Assembly: GCF_000737315.1 (NCBI RefSeq)
Contig: NZ_JMCB01000006.1
Coordinates: 124,001-188,000 of the forward strand
Length of the DNA: 64,000 bases
Source: Hyalangium minutum
GTDB taxonomy: Bacteria; Myxococcota; Myxococcia; Myxococcales; Myxococcaceae
Reading direction: 5' to 3'
The position numbers and the translations under genes were made by a program. Positions 17,812 through 28,078 of this stretch are shown here, piece after piece. Positions within the stretch are counted from its first letter, which is position 1. Each line of letters opens with the position of its first letter. A model generated the notes under the pieces. The model saw only the letters and a list, made by a program, of their open reading frames with translations. It ran no database searches and had not been told where the DNA came from.

Positions 17812-19188
17812 TCACGCCAGCAGCAACTCGACCGTGAAGCGCGCCCCGCCCTCCGGGCGGTTCTCCGCGCGCAGCGAGCCTCCGAAGGTCTCCACGTACT
17901 CGCGCGAGAGCGCCAACCCCAGCCCCGTCCCCTTCCCCTGTGCCTTGGTGGTGAAGAAGGGCGTGAAGAGCCGCGACAGGTGCTCCGGCGGGAAGCCCGG
18001 CCCATTGTCCTCGAGGACCAGGTGCACCCGCTCCTCTCGCGGCTGAACCCTCAGCGCCACCCGAGGGCCTTTCACCCCAGTGTCCTCCAGCGCGTCCGCC
18101 GCGTTGAGCAGCAGGTTGAGCAGCACCTGGCCCAGCCGCCGCGCATCCGCGCGCACCAGCGGCATCGCGGGAGGCACCTCCACCTTCACCTCCAGCCGCT
18201 TCAGCCGCACCGAGGCCAGCCGCATGCTCTCCTCAATGACGGTGGAGAGCTGGCAGTTGCCCACCTCCCTCGGCGTGGGCTCCGCGTCGCCGCGCGCCAG
18301 CGCCGTCAGGTCCTGGACGATTTGCTGGATGCGCACCACGCCCGCCTGCGTCTCGTTCACCACCTCCAGCCAGTCCGCCATGGGCCGGCTCTGCTGACGC
18401 GGCAGCTCGTCCGCCAGGAAGCCCAGGTTGGCCTGGATGAAGGCCAGCGGGTTGTTCACCTCGTGGGCCACGCCCGCCGCCAGCCGGCCCACCTGCACCA
18501 GCCGATCCACCTCCTGAGCGCGCGTCTGCGTGGCCGCCAGCGCCTCCTGCGCCACTTGCCGGTGGGCCTCCGCGTCCGCGCGGGCCTGCTTCATCCGCGC
18601 GTAGAAGTACGAGGCCTGAACCGCCACCATTCCCGAGGCGGTGATGAGCAGCCCCCACAGCACGAGGAGGGAGGCGGAGCGGCCCTCCAGCACCAGCACC
18701 CCGAGCGCCGTCACCAGGCTGGCGGCCGCGCTCAGCAGGGAGCGGTACAGCACCCCCATTGACAGGGCCATGCCCAGCAGGGGCAGCGCGCAGAACCACG
18801 CGAACACGGGGCTCTGGCTGCCGCCCAGCCGCCAGATGATCCACGCCACGAACACCTGCGGCAGCACCAGCCCGGTGATGGACCAGCCCACCGTGCCCCG
18901 GTACCGGGCCTGGATGTGCCGCAGCCCCCAGAACGTCAGCAGCGTCAGCAGCATCCAGAGGAGCCGGATGGCCAGCGTGTCCCACCGCGCCTGCTGCGAC
19001 GCGAGTATGTCCACCGCCCAGAAGGGCAGGTTCGACATCGCCATCCACACCACCGCCCGCTGCTTCTGCCGCGCCACGGTGTCACGGGGAGTGGAGCCGG
19101 TGGGTTCGCGGGAGAGGCCGCGCCCTTCGACCGGAGGGACTTGTTTCAAGAGAAACTCACTTCTCGGCCATTCCAGGAAGACTGGCAA
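17812..19188 (-). CDS. Multi-TM sensor histidine kinase (true start uncertain, probably about 19040-19100)
   Basis: About 5-6 TMs; AHEVNNP; QVLLNLLLNA; DNGPGF; PFFTTK...GTGLGL. Confidence 0.88.
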   Translation of the reverse strand: MPVFLEWPRSEFLLKQVPPVEGRGLSREPTGSTPRDTVARQKQRAVVWMAMSNLPFWAVDILASQQARWDTLAIRLLWMLLTLLTFWGLRHIQARYRGTVGWSITGLVLPQVFVAWIIWRLGGSQSPVFAWFCALPLLGMALSMGVLYRSLLSAAASLVTALGVLVLEGRSASLLVLWGLLITASGMVAVQASYFYARMKQARADAEAHRQVAQEALAATQTRAQEVDRLVQVGRLAAGVAHEVNNPLAFIQANLGFLADELPRQQSRPMADWLEVVNETQAGVVRIQQIVQDLTALARGDAEPTPREVGNCQLSTVIEESMRLASVRLKRLEVKVEVPPAMPLVRADARRLGQVLLNLLLNAADALEDTGVKGPRVALRVQPREERVHLVLEDNGPGFPPEHLSRLFTPFFTTKAQGKGTGLGLALSREYVETFGGSLRAENRPEGGARFTVELLLA

Positions 19189-19241
19189 AAATCCAATCCC
19201 ATGGATCCGCGAGACCCGTCAAGTCTCTGAAATCACGGCCG

Positions 19242-19508
19242 TCAGGCCACCGGGCGGCCAATCAAGCGCAGCTTCTCGGCGCGAGTCAGCCGCTTGAGGG
19301 CGGCCTCCCGGCGCAGGGCGGTACCCCGGTCTTCGGCGGGCTCGCTCCACACCAGCTTCACGGGGAGGCGGGCCCGCGTGTACGCGGCCCCCTTGCCTCG
19401 CCCGTGCGTGGCGAGCCGACGCTCCAGGTTGTTGGTGGCGCCGGTGTACAGCGTCCCATCACGGCAGCGCAGCATGTAGACGGTCCAACAGCTGGGGGCG
19501 TCCGGCAC
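19242..19508 (-). CDS. GIY-YIG nuclease (UPF0213/YhbQ family)
   Basis: VYMLRCRDGTLYTGATNNLERRL...GKGAAYTRARLPV. Start uncertain; GTG 19508 chosen. Confidence 0.85.
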   Translation of the reverse strand: MPDAPSCWTVYMLRCRDGTLYTGATNNLERRLATHGRGKGAAYTRARLPVKLVWSEPAEDRGTALRREAALKRLTRAEKLRLIGRPVA

Positions 19509-19539
19509 GCGCGCCACTGTACCGCAACCGCGCGGAGCT

Positions 19540-19809
19540 TCAGTGGCCGTAGGCCTGGCGCCCCCAGTCCACAGGAGGGCCACACTCCTCCATCACCTCG
19601 GAAACCCGGAGGAGTGGGTCCACTTCCCAAGCTTCGAGAATCCGTGCCTCGCTGATCAGCCCGAGGAGCGTTCCCTTCTCCTCCACGACCGGAAGAAGGC
19701 GCACTTGGTGACGTTCCATCACCCTTAGGGCACACAGCAGGGTATCTGTGGGCAAAACGGTGACAGTCCCCGGTACTGCCGCTTCCTCGCTCGTTCCATG
19801 CTGCTGCAT
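19540..19809 (-). CDS. Small CBS-domain protein
   Basis: TVLPTDTLLCALRVM...LPVVEEKGTLLGLISE. Confidence 0.75.
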   Translation of the reverse strand: MQQHGTSEEAAVPGTVTVLPTDTLLCALRVMERHQVRLLPVVEEKGTLLGLISEARILEAWEVDPLLRVSEVMEECGPPVDWGRQAYGH

Positions 19810-19955
19810 CTCGAACCTCCCTGGCCTCAGTCACGGGGGAGTAATGCAACCGGCCTGCCGAACCATGTGGGTGCTCACTTTTCGACAGAGCACCCAACGT
19901 GCCAGGGCGTTAGGCTGGCGGGGTGAGGCGAATCCAGACGCCGAGGCTGGTCCGC

Positions 19956-20975
19956 ATGGCGGACCTCTTCTCCCGGGCGGTGAGCCGCAACGGCGAGGGG
20001 CTGCTGACATTGCCGTTCAAGCCGGACGAGCTGTACCGGGTGCCCACGGATGATGGAGCGGCCATTGCGTTGGGGCGCTACCACGCGCGGGGGCAGCGCC
20101 GGTACGCCGAGCCCGTCATCCTCTGCCATGGGCTGGGCGCCAACCGCTTCCACATGGACTTCGACGAGCGCTACAGCCTGGCCCGGTACCTGGCGCGCGC
20201 GGGCTTCGAGACGTGGGTGATGGAGCTGCGCGGGCGGGGGTTGGCGGGGCCAGCGTCAGACTTTACGTTTGATGATCAGGCCGAGCACGACGTGCGCGCG
20301 GCCATCCGCACGGTGGTGTCCACGGGCCCGAAGCAGGTGCTCTGGGTGGGGCACTCCAAGGGCGGGCTCACCTTATATGGGCACCTGGCGCGCAACCCGC
20401 AGGCGCCGGTGCGCGCGGCGGCCACGCTGGGGGCGCCGTTCACCTTCGCGGTGCAGCCGGGCCTGCGCATCTTCATGAGCAAGATCGAGCCGCTGCTGCG
20501 GCTCAGGAGCATCCCCACCCGGCGGATTACAGGCATCGCCGTGCTCGGCGCGCCGCCGGGGCCAATGACGCGCTACATGATGTTGGCCGACAACATGGAG
20601 CCGGACGTGGTGCGCAAGGCGATGGCCAACGTGCCCGCCGACATCGCCGGGGGCGTAGTGCGGCAGTTCGCCCGGTGGATTACCACGCACAGCTTCACCT
20701 CGTATGACGGGAGCTTCGACTACCAGGTGCCGCTGTCCGAGGTGCGCACGCCCTTCCTGCTGCTGGCGGGGAGCCGGGACTTGCTGGCGCCGCCGCTGGC
20801 GGTGGCTCGGGCGAAGGAGCACCTCGGCGGGCCGGTGAAGCTCGTGGTCGCGGGCCGGGCGCACGGCTTCGCGGAGGACTACGGGCACGCGGACCTGGTG
20901 CTGGGCCGCCGCGCGCCGGACGAAATCTTCCCGCTGGTGGAGACGTTCCTCTCCGCGAACGCGACGCGCGCCTGA
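19956..20975 (+). CDS. Alpha/beta hydrolase
   Basis: LCHGLG oxyanion motif, GHSKGG nucleophile elbow, YGHADL. Start placed at ATG 19956. Confidence 0.88.
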   Translation: MADLFSRAVSRNGEGLLTLPFKPDELYRVPTDDGAAIALGRYHARGQRRYAEPVILCHGLGANRFHMDFDERYSLARYLARAGFETWVMELRGRGLAGPASDFTFDDQAEHDVRAAIRTVVSTGPKQVLWVGHSKGGLTLYGHLARNPQAPVRAAATLGAPFTFAVQPGLRIFMSKIEPLLRLRSIPTRRITGIAVLGAPPGPMTRYMMLADNMEPDVVRKAMANVPADIAGGVVRQFARWITTHSFTSYDGSFDYQVPLSEVRTPFLLLAGSRDLLAPPLAVARAKEHLGGPVKLVVAGRAHGFAEDYGHADLVLGRRAPDEIFPLVETFLSANATRA

Positions 20976-21034
20976 CGCCTCGTGGCACCGGTTGTCCAGG
21001 CCCGCTCGCCGTGCTAGCCCGAGCGCCCGCCTCC

Positions 21035-22057
21035 ATGCCTTCTGCCCTTCGCTCCCTGCTTCTGCTCACGCTGCCGCTGGTGGCGTGCGAGCGCGCGCCC
21101 GCCCCGGGACGCGCCGAGGTGGACGTGCGCCACACGCGCGAGGAAGCCGGCACTCCGGTGGCGCGCTGGCAGGGGGACATGCTCACCGCCGAGGCGCTGG
21201 AGCAGCGCTTCCTGGAGATGAGCCCCGCCCTGCGCGAGCGCTACCAGACGCCCGAGGCCAAGCGCGAGTACGTGGAGAGCGTGGCCCGCTTCGAGCTGCT
21301 GGCGCGCGAGGCGCTCGAGCGGGGGCTGCAGAATGACCCCGAGGTGCTGGCCAGCTTCAAGCGGGCCCTGGTGAGCCGGTTGACCCGCCAGCAGCTGGAG
21401 AAGGCCGACGTCACGGTGACCGACGCCGAGGTGGCCGAGGCCTATGCGAAGGAGCGGGACAGCTTCTCGCGGCCCGCCCAGGTGCGCCTGTCGCACGTCT
21501 TCCTGGCGGCGCCTCGCGGAGATGCGGCCCGGGTGGCCACGGTTCGTGCCCGAGCCGAGGCGCTGATGAAGCAGATCCGCGCGCTGCCTCCCGCTGACTT
21601 CAAGTCCTTCGGGCAGGTGGCCCGGGAGCAGAGCGAGGAGCCTCGCACCCAGCCGCTGGATGGGGACATGCGCTTCCTCTCCGACGAGGCGCTCGCTCGC
21701 GCGTATGGCCCCGAGGTGCTCGCGGCGGCACGTGAGCTGAAAGAGTCGGGCGATGTGGTGGGGCCGGTGCAGACAGAGCAGGGCTTCCACCTCCTCAAGC
21801 TGAACGGACGGCTGCCCGCGGTGGACCTCTCCTTGGAGGAGGTACGCGAGCAGCTCACCCAGCGGCTTCGAGGCCTGAAGCAGAACCGAGCCTGGGCGGA
21901 CTTCCTGGAGGGCTTGGAGCGCCGCCAGGGGCTCTCCGTGGACGCGGCAGCGCTGGCGCGGGTGCCGGTGGACATGTCCGCGCCCATGCGTGCGCCCTTG
22001 GGGCCGCTGCCGGGGACGGTGCCCGCCCCCTATGCCTCTGAGGGGGAAATGCCATGA
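21035..22057 (+). CDS. PpiC-type peptidylprolyl isomerase lipoprotein
   Basis: Lipobox LVAC; VRLSHVFL, AREQSE, DGDMRF, GFHLLK. Confidence 0.85.
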   Translation: MPSALRSLLLLTLPLVACERAPAPGRAEVDVRHTREEAGTPVARWQGDMLTAEALEQRFLEMSPALRERYQTPEAKREYVESVARFELLAREALERGLQNDPEVLASFKRALVSRLTRQQLEKADVTVTDAEVAEAYAKERDSFSRPAQVRLSHVFLAAPRGDAARVATVRARAEALMKQIRALPPADFKSFGQVAREQSEEPRTQPLDGDMRFLSDEALARAYGPEVLAAARELKESGDVVGPVQTEQGFHLLKLNGRLPAVDLSLEEVREQLTQRLRGLKQNRAWADFLEGLERRQGLSVDAAALARVPVDMSAPMRAPLGPLPGTVPAPYASEGEMP

Positions 22058-22131
22058 AGGCTACCTTGCCGGGCGCTCAGGCGTGGGCCACCGTTGCCCT
22101 TCTCTCGCGTCCCTCGTAGAGGAGAGCTTGC

Positions 22132-23130
22132 ATGCGCCCCTTTCCTACCCGCACTTCTCCGCTCCTCCTCGTGACCCTGGCGCTCGGCACCCTGGGCGCG
22201 GTGGGCTGCAACAAGCCGCCCGAGGCGGAGCCCGATGCCAACGTGGTGGCCACGGTGAATGGCGAGGGGGTGCGCCGCGCCGACTTCGAACAGGAGCTGA
22301 CGCGGGAGCTGTCCTCCTCCGAGGGCCCCGAGCTCACGCCCGAGGAGGTAGAGCCCTTCAAGCGGGCGCTGCTGGACAGCATCGTGAAGCGGCTGCTGCT
22401 GTTGCAGGAGGCGAAGCAGCACAACATCACCGTGACGCCGGAGGAGGTGGACCGGCAGATGCTGCGGCTGACGGGCGACTACCCCACGGACAGCTTCAGC
22501 GACGCGCTGGCACAGGGGCAGCTGTCGCTGGCCGAGCTGCGGGCGCGCGAGTCCCAGCGGCTCATCATCGAGAAGCTCTTCGCGAACCACGTGTACGCGC
22601 GCGTGGCGGTGACGGAGGAGGAGCTGCGCGCGTACTTCACGGCCCACGAGGCGGAGTTCCAGGAGCCGGAGGAGGTCCACGCGGCGCAGTTGGTGGTGAA
22701 GGGGCTGGACGAGGCCAAGCGGGTGCAGGCACTGCTGAAATCGGGGAAGAAGTTCGCGGATCTGGCGCGGCGCTACTCGCTGAGCGCGGACGCGAAGGTG
22801 GGCGGGGACTTGGGGTTCTTCCCGCGTGGGCAGATGCCGAAGGCGTTCGATGACGTGGTGTTCAACATGCGGCCGGGACAGGTGTCGGACGTGGTGTCCA
22901 CGGAGTACGGCTTCCACCTGTTCAAGGTCATCGAGTTCAAGCCGGGCCGGAAGCGGGACCTCGCGGAGGTGCGAGGGCAGATCGAGGCGCGCATCGTGAT
23001 GCTCAAGCAGTCCGAGGCGCAGGAGGCCTTCGAGAAGGAACTGCAGGAGAAGGCCAAAATCTGGGTGAACGAGGCAGCACTGCAGACCATCCGTGGCAAG
23101 CCTGTGCCGCAGGCCCCGGCGGCGGAGTAG
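22132..23130 (+). CDS. PpiC-type peptidylprolyl isomerase lipoprotein (SurA_N plus rotamase)
   Basis: Lipobox AVGC; VVATVNGE; FADLARRYS; GGDLGFF; YGFHLFK. Confidence 0.9.
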   Translation: MRPFPTRTSPLLLVTLALGTLGAVGCNKPPEAEPDANVVATVNGEGVRRADFEQELTRELSSSEGPELTPEEVEPFKRALLDSIVKRLLLLQEAKQHNITVTPEEVDRQMLRLTGDYPTDSFSDALAQGQLSLAELRARESQRLIIEKLFANHVYARVAVTEEELRAYFTAHEAEFQEPEEVHAAQLVVKGLDEAKRVQALLKSGKKFADLARRYSLSADAKVGGDLGFFPRGQMPKAFDDVVFNMRPGQVSDVVSTEYGFHLFKVIEFKPGRKRDLAEVRGQIEARIVMLKQSEAQEAFEKELQEKAKIWVNEAALQTIRGKPVPQAPAAE

Positions 23131-23179
23131 AACAGAGTTCGAGCCCCGGCAGGGCCTGGGGCGCATCCGAGGGATTGAG

Positions 23180-24145
23180 ATGAAGACGTGGCTGGGAGTC
23201 ATCGCGGTGGCCGTGCTGGTGGTGGCGGGGGCGGCGCGCGCGGAGCTGGTGGACAAGGTGGCGGCGGTGGTGAACCGCGACATCATCGCACTGTCCGAGG
23301 TGCAGCAGCGGGCCTCGCCGGAGCTGGCGCGGCTGACGGAGCGGGATCCGCGCAAGCGCACCGAGCAGCGCAACCAGGTGATGAAGCTGGCGCTGGACCA
23401 GCTCATCGCGGAGAAGCTGGTGGAGGCGGAGGTGAAGGAGCTGGGGTTGACGTCCTCGGCCTCGGAGATCGACGAGGCGATGGCGGACGTGCAGCGGCAG
23501 AACAGCATCACGGATCCGGCGCAGTTCGAGCAGTTGCTGGCGCGCGAGGGCTACACGCTGAAGACCTACAAGGAGTTCCTCGGCAAGCAGATTGCGCGCG
23601 GCAAGCTCATGCAGCTGAAGGTGTCGTCGAAGATCAAGGTGTCCGAGGAGGACCTGAAGGCGGCCTACGCGCAGTACGCGAAGAACGAGGGCGAGGACGT
23701 GGAGGTGCACGCGCGGCACATCCTGGTGTCGGTGGATCCGAAGGCGACGCCGGAGGAGGTGGAGGCGGCGCGGAAGAAGGCGCTGACCATCATGGAGGAG
23801 GCGCGGCGGCCGGGGATGGACTTCTCGTCGCTGGCGAAGGCGCGCAGCGAGGGCCCGAGCAAGGAGGACGGTGGAGACCTGGGCTTCTTCCGGCGCGGAG
23901 TGATGGTGCCGGCGTTCGAGAAGGCGGCGTTCTCGCTGAAGGAGGGCGAGGTGAGCGAGCCAATCCGCACCAACTTTGGATGGCACGTGCTGAAGGTGGA
24001 GGAGCGGCGAGCGGTGGGGGTGGCGGACTACGAGGAGCTGCGGCCGAAGCTGGAGATGCAGCTGCGGCAACAGAAGACGGAGAAGTTCGTCGACCAGTAC
24101 GTGCAGGAGCTGAAGAAGAAGGCCGTCATCGAGGTGAAGCTCTGA
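23180..24145 (+). CDS. surA: Periplasmic chaperone SurA
   Basis: Signal peptide; VDKVAAVVN..II; HARHIL; GGDLGFF; FGWHVLKV; followed by pdxA as in conserved surA-pdxA synteny. Confidence 0.88.
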   Translation: MKTWLGVIAVAVLVVAGAARAELVDKVAAVVNRDIIALSEVQQRASPELARLTERDPRKRTEQRNQVMKLALDQLIAEKLVEAEVKELGLTSSASEIDEAMADVQRQNSITDPAQFEQLLAREGYTLKTYKEFLGKQIARGKLMQLKVSSKIKVSEEDLKAAYAQYAKNEGEDVEVHARHILVSVDPKATPEEVEAARKKALTIMEEARRPGMDFSSLAKARSEGPSKEDGGDLGFFRRGVMVPAFEKAAFSLKEGEVSEPIRTNFGWHVLKVEERRAVGVADYEELRPKLEMQLRQQKTEKFVDQYVQELKKKAVIEVKL

Positions 24146-24156
24146 GCACCCAGCAT

Positions 24157-25131
24157 GTGCCGGTGGTGGGTATCTCCCTGGGCGATGTGTCCGGCATCGG
24201 CCCAGAGGTGACGGCAGCGGCGCTGGCGCTGCCTCGGGTGCGCCGGGAGCTGGTGCCAGTGGTGTTCGGAGACGGCCCCACGCTGGCGCGCTTTCCGATC
24301 TTCAAGAAGTACGCGCGCGCCACTCCGGAGACACTGAGCCGGGCCACGGGCCCCACCGTGTGCGAGGTATCCACGCTGGCCGAGAAGGATCGCCGGCCGG
24401 GCAAGCCCTCCGCGGCAGGAGGGCGCGCCCAGTACACTTATGTGACGGCGGCCATCGAGGCCGCGCGCGCCGGGCACGTCGATGCGCTGTGCACAGCACC
24501 GGTGTCCAAGGAGCAGATTTCCCGCGCGGGGATTCCCTTCATGGGACACACCGAGGTGCTGGCAGAGGCATTCGGCGTCGAGGTGCTGATGCTGATGGAT
24601 GGGCCTCGGGTGCGCATCGCACTGGCCACCAACCACGTGCCCGTGTCCGCGCTGCCCCAGCTGCTGACGGTGGAGAAGCTCACGGAGCAGCTCGTGCTGC
24701 TGTCGCGAGAGCTGAAGCCCGTGGTGGGACGCCGCCCGCGCATCGCGGTGCTGGGCCTCAATCCCCACGCGGGCGAGGGCGGGCTCTTGGGGCGCGAGGA
24801 AGTGGAGATCATCTCTCCCGCCATCCAGCAAGCCCGGAAGGCGCGGGTGGATGCGCACGGACCGATTCCCGCGGATGGCCTGTTCGCGCGGCCGGATGAC
24901 ATCCCCTACGACGCGGTGCTGGCCATGTACCACGACCAGGGCCTCATCCCCGCCAAGGCCCTGGACTTCGAGCGCACCGTGAACGTGACGCTGGGACTCC
25001 CGGTGCCTCGCACGTCGCCAGACCACGGCACCGCGTACTCGCTCGCGGGCACGGGCAAGGCCAGCCGCGTGCCCATGGTGGAGGCGCTGCTCAAGGCAGC
25101 GCTCCTGGCTCGGGCCAGGCTCAGAAGATGA
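24157..25131 (+). CDS. pdxA: 4-hydroxythreonine-4-phosphate dehydrogenase PdxA
   Basis: GDVSGIGPE, TAPVSK, GHTE, LNPHAGEGG, AMYHDQGLIP, RTSPDHGTAY. Start approximate (GTG 24157 or CTG 24142). Confidence 0.95.
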   Translation: MPVVGISLGDVSGIGPEVTAAALALPRVRRELVPVVFGDGPTLARFPIFKKYARATPETLSRATGPTVCEVSTLAEKDRRPGKPSAAGGRAQYTYVTAAIEAARAGHVDALCTAPVSKEQISRAGIPFMGHTEVLAEAFGVEVLMLMDGPRVRIALATNHVPVSALPQLLTVEKLTEQLVLLSRELKPVVGRRPRIAVLGLNPHAGEGGLLGREEVEIISPAIQQARKARVDAHGPIPADGLFARPDDIPYDAVLAMYHDQGLIPAKALDFERTVNVTLGLPVPRTSPDHGTAYSLAGTGKASRVPMVEALLKAALLARARLRR

Positions 25132-26746
25132 AGGGGAAGCGGATCGCCCCCATCTGAGTCCGGTGCTTCGGGAACTTCCACCCGCGCACCACGTCTTCGA
25201 CGCAGGTCGCCAGCGCGGTCCCCTTCAACGCCTTCGTCTCCATCGTGGCCTGCTGGGTGGAGCCGCTCGGCAGGATGAACCACCGCACCATGAACTTGCC
25301 CCCGCTCAGCCCGGGGATCGCCTCCTTGTGCCGCTGGATGCAAGAGGAGATGGCCGGCTGGTTCGCGATCACCACCTGCTGGATGTCATCGGGCGCGAGC
25401 GTCTCCGGGAGGTTCGCGTCCGGATCCGGAGGAACCCACACCGACTTCACACGCGTGGACTCCGGCTTCTTCTGGATCGCATCCTTCGTGAAGCCCAGCT
25501 TCCGCGCGAACTCCTCGTCGAACTCGGAGCCGTCATCGGCTTCGCTCTGTGGCGCCGGAGGAGGCTCAGCCTTCGCCACCACCGGAGCACGTGTCTCCTG
25601 CGGCGGCTGAAGCACCGGAAGCTCTTCCTCCTCGGCATCCTCTAGGGACGGGTCCTCGAGCTGGCGCCGAGCCTCCACGGCCGGAGCCCTCCGCGCTTGG
25701 ACCTTCTCACGTGACGGGAGCGCCTCGGCCTTCACGGAGGTGCCCACCGGCCCCGGGCTTCGCGACACCGAGGCCCCGGCCTTGTCACCGGGAACCACCG
25801 CCCCCGGAACAGGCACCGGCACGGCGTGCGCGATCGACGCGGCCTCCAGCGAAGTCTTGGGCTCGGGGATTGACGCGGCCTGAGCCACGGCTCCAGCAGC
25901 GGGCTCCGCCTGTGGCGCGGGCACCGGCGCGGGAGGTGTCGGCTCACGCGTGGCCACCGCCCTCCCGGGAACCACCGGTCCCGGCACCGCCTCCACAGTC
26001 CCGTTCGCCACCGAGACCCAGTCCGCGACGAGCCGCCCCGGCTCGCGCGGGAGCGGCGAGTCCTTCACGACGAGCACAGGCTCCAGAACCGCCGCAGCAG
26101 CCACCGTGGCCACTGTGCCCGCGGGTGCATAGGCGGCCATCACCTGCGCCCGGTCCGGCAGGCTGTCTCGCGTCATCCAGAGCATCGCCGCGACGAATGC
26201 GCTCGCAGCGCTCACCCCCGTCAGGGCTCCCACCATCAGCCACGGCGCGCGGCTCGGCGCCGCAGGAGCGGGAGCCACAGGGAGGTTCCTCCCCTGCTGC
26301 ATCAGGTGCGGCGCCATGGCCAACCCCGGCAAGGGCGCAGGCAGCGGAGCCCACGGGGCCTCCAGACGGGACGGATCCACAGGCGAAGCAGGACCCAGCT
26401 CGGGTTCCGGCTTCACCCTCAGGTGCTCTGGGACTTCACACGCCGTGCTCTCGATGTCCTGAGCGTTCTCCGCGGACGGCTCCACCGCGGGCTTCCCGCG
26501 CAGCCACTGCTCCTCTTCAGCCGCCAGCGCGAGCACGCTCTGCAGACGCTCCGCGGGCTTCTCCGTCTCAGGCGCAGGCTTCGCCTCCACCGGAAGCTGG
26601 GCGGACAGCTCCCGATCCAGATACGCATCCAGCTCCGCGTCGAGTGCCTCGTGCACATCTCCTGAGACACCGCTGCCGTGATGTTCCTTCCACGCCGCGC
26701 CTTGGACGGAGAGCGGATCCGTCCGCTCCGTTGGATTCTCGACCAC
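25121..26746 (-). CDS. Single-TM protein with Pro/Ala-rich linker and AgmX/PglI-type (TonB-C-like) C-terminal domain
   Basis: TM APWLMVGALTG...AAMLW; C-terminus DIQQVV...CIQR...GKFMVRWFILPSG...CVEDVVRGWKFP. Confidence 0.75.
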   Translation of the reverse strand: MVENPTERTDPLSVQGAAWKEHHGSGVSGDVHEALDAELDAYLDRELSAQLPVEAKPAPETEKPAERLQSVLALAAEEEQWLRGKPAVEPSAENAQDIESTACEVPEHLRVKPEPELGPASPVDPSRLEAPWAPLPAPLPGLAMAPHLMQQGRNLPVAPAPAAPSRAPWLMVGALTGVSAASAFVAAMLWMTRDSLPDRAQVMAAYAPAGTVATVAAAAVLEPVLVVKDSPLPREPGRLVADWVSVANGTVEAVPGPVVPGRAVATREPTPPAPVPAPQAEPAAGAVAQAASIPEPKTSLEAASIAHAVPVPVPGAVVPGDKAGASVSRSPGPVGTSVKAEALPSREKVQARRAPAVEARRQLEDPSLEDAEEEELPVLQPPQETRAPVVAKAEPPPAPQSEADDGSEFDEEFARKLGFTKDAIQKKPESTRVKSVWVPPDPDANLPETLAPDDIQQVVIANQPAISSCIQRHKEAIPGLSGGKFMVRWFILPSGSTQQATMETKALKGTALATCVEDVVRGWKFPKHRTQMGAIRFPFIF

Positions 26747-26950
26747 GCCCCACCCCCTGGCCCAACCCGATAAAGCTGCCCAAAGCTAGGCAGTCTCACG
26801 GGCCATGCCACCCGGATGTTCACCAGCGGGCAGTGGCTCCTTCCGCTAACAGGCACTGCATCCCTAGAGCGTCGCGTGCCACGCAGCAGGACCCGCTCCC
26901 AAGGGTGTAGGCCCTTCTTCTCGCAACACGGCCGCCCATCTCGTGCCGGA

Positions 26951-28078
26951 CTACTCCTGGGCCGCGATCCGCCGCGTGGCGAGCGGTGCCAGCCTCCGCA
27001 TGGAGGCCTTGCCGACCACCACGTCCACCATCTTCCGCACCCGCGTCCAGACGCTCTCCTGCACGTAGGGCACACCATACCGCTCGCACAGGGCGCGCAC
27101 CTTCGGCTGTGCCTCGCGGTACTTGAGCATCGGCAGATCCGGCCAGAGGTGATGCTCAATCTGATAGTTCAGCCACAGGTGCGCGAAGTCGTTCAGGTCC
27201 CCGCCCGTGCGGTAGTTGGCGCTCCCCACCACCTGCTGCACGAACCGGGCGCCCCGGCTCTCGGGCGGCGCGTCGAACCGGTAGAGATCTCCGCCCGTGT
27301 GGTTGGGCCCCACCACGAGGAAGGTGTGCAGGTTCGTGAGCAGATCCGCCAGCACCGAGTTGCACAGCGCGCTGAACGCCGCCCACACCCCCAGCGGCAA
27401 GAACAGCGCCGGGAGCAGCACGAAGCAGCACACCGCATAGGGCGCGTAGCACCGCGTCACCAGCTCCCACCGCTCGGCCCGGGAGAGCGAGGAGCTCTCC
27501 CGGCGGCCCTTGCGACGCCACGCACTCAGCGTCTCCGGCGCGTAATAGCTGGCCCGCCACGTCAGCGCGAGCAACCCGAGCTGCAGATAGCGAAGCACCA
27601 GCGGCCGGCGCGTGTCGCGCAGCGTGTCCTCGGCATTGCGCTCGAGCAGATCTGGATCCGCCTCCTCGCCCGTGTGTGAATGGTGGAGCACGTTGTGCTC
27701 GAAGATCCACGCGTCCGGGAGCATCCAGTCCAGCCAGTCCAGCCACCGGCGTCCTCCACGCGCAAACCCCTTGCTCGTGCGGCCTGCGGGCAGGGACGGC
27801 ACCTGGTCATACCCGCGGTGTCCCACGTGGTGCATCAGCAGCCAGCGCGTGGAGCGCCCCAGGCTCAGCGCCGCCGCGCTCAGCGGGTTGGGCACCAGCC
27901 AGCACGTGGCCAGCCCCAGCAGCGTGGCCACCCGGCCCCAGCGCTCGATCTTCCGCAGGTGCTTCGCATCGGCCTCCCCCAGCGAGGCGTCCAGTTCCTC
28001 CCGCAGCGCCTTCAGCTCCCGCTGAAAGCCCTCCAGGTCCACGGTGGAGGGATCAAAGAAGCGCTCGGGCTGGGACAT
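26951..28078 (-). CDS. Membrane fatty-acid desaturase
   Basis: Three His boxes: HHVGH, HNVLHH, QIEHH. Confidence 0.9.
   Translation of the reverse strand: MSQPERFFDPSTVDLEGFQRELKALREELDASLGEADAKHLRKIERWGRVATLLGLATCWLVPNPLSAAALSLGRSTRWLLMHHVGHRGYDQVPSLPAGRTSKGFARGGRRWLDWLDWMLPDAWIFEHNVLHHSHTGEEADPDLLERNAEDTLRDTRRPLVLRYLQLGLLALTWRASYYAPETLSAWRRKGRRESSSLSRAERWELVTRCYAPYAVCCFVLLPALFLPLGVWAAFSALCNSVLADLLTNLHTFLVVGPNHTGGDLYRFDAPPESRGARFVQQVVGSANYRTGGDLNDFAHLWLNYQIEHHLWPDLPMLKYREAQPKVRALCERYGVPYVQESVWTRVRKMVDVVVGKASMRRLAPLATRRIAAQE

Noticed and set aside
19242-19508. GIY-YIG gene as a sign of a mobile intron or homing element
   Set aside because: It is the short stand-alone UPF0213 type with no intron, repeats or transposase context.
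23188-24156. 647-aa ORF suggesting a long N-terminal extension or fusion on PdxA
   Set aside because: The extension is an alternate frame of surA with Gly/Ala/Arg-rich junk; PdxA homology starts at about 24157.
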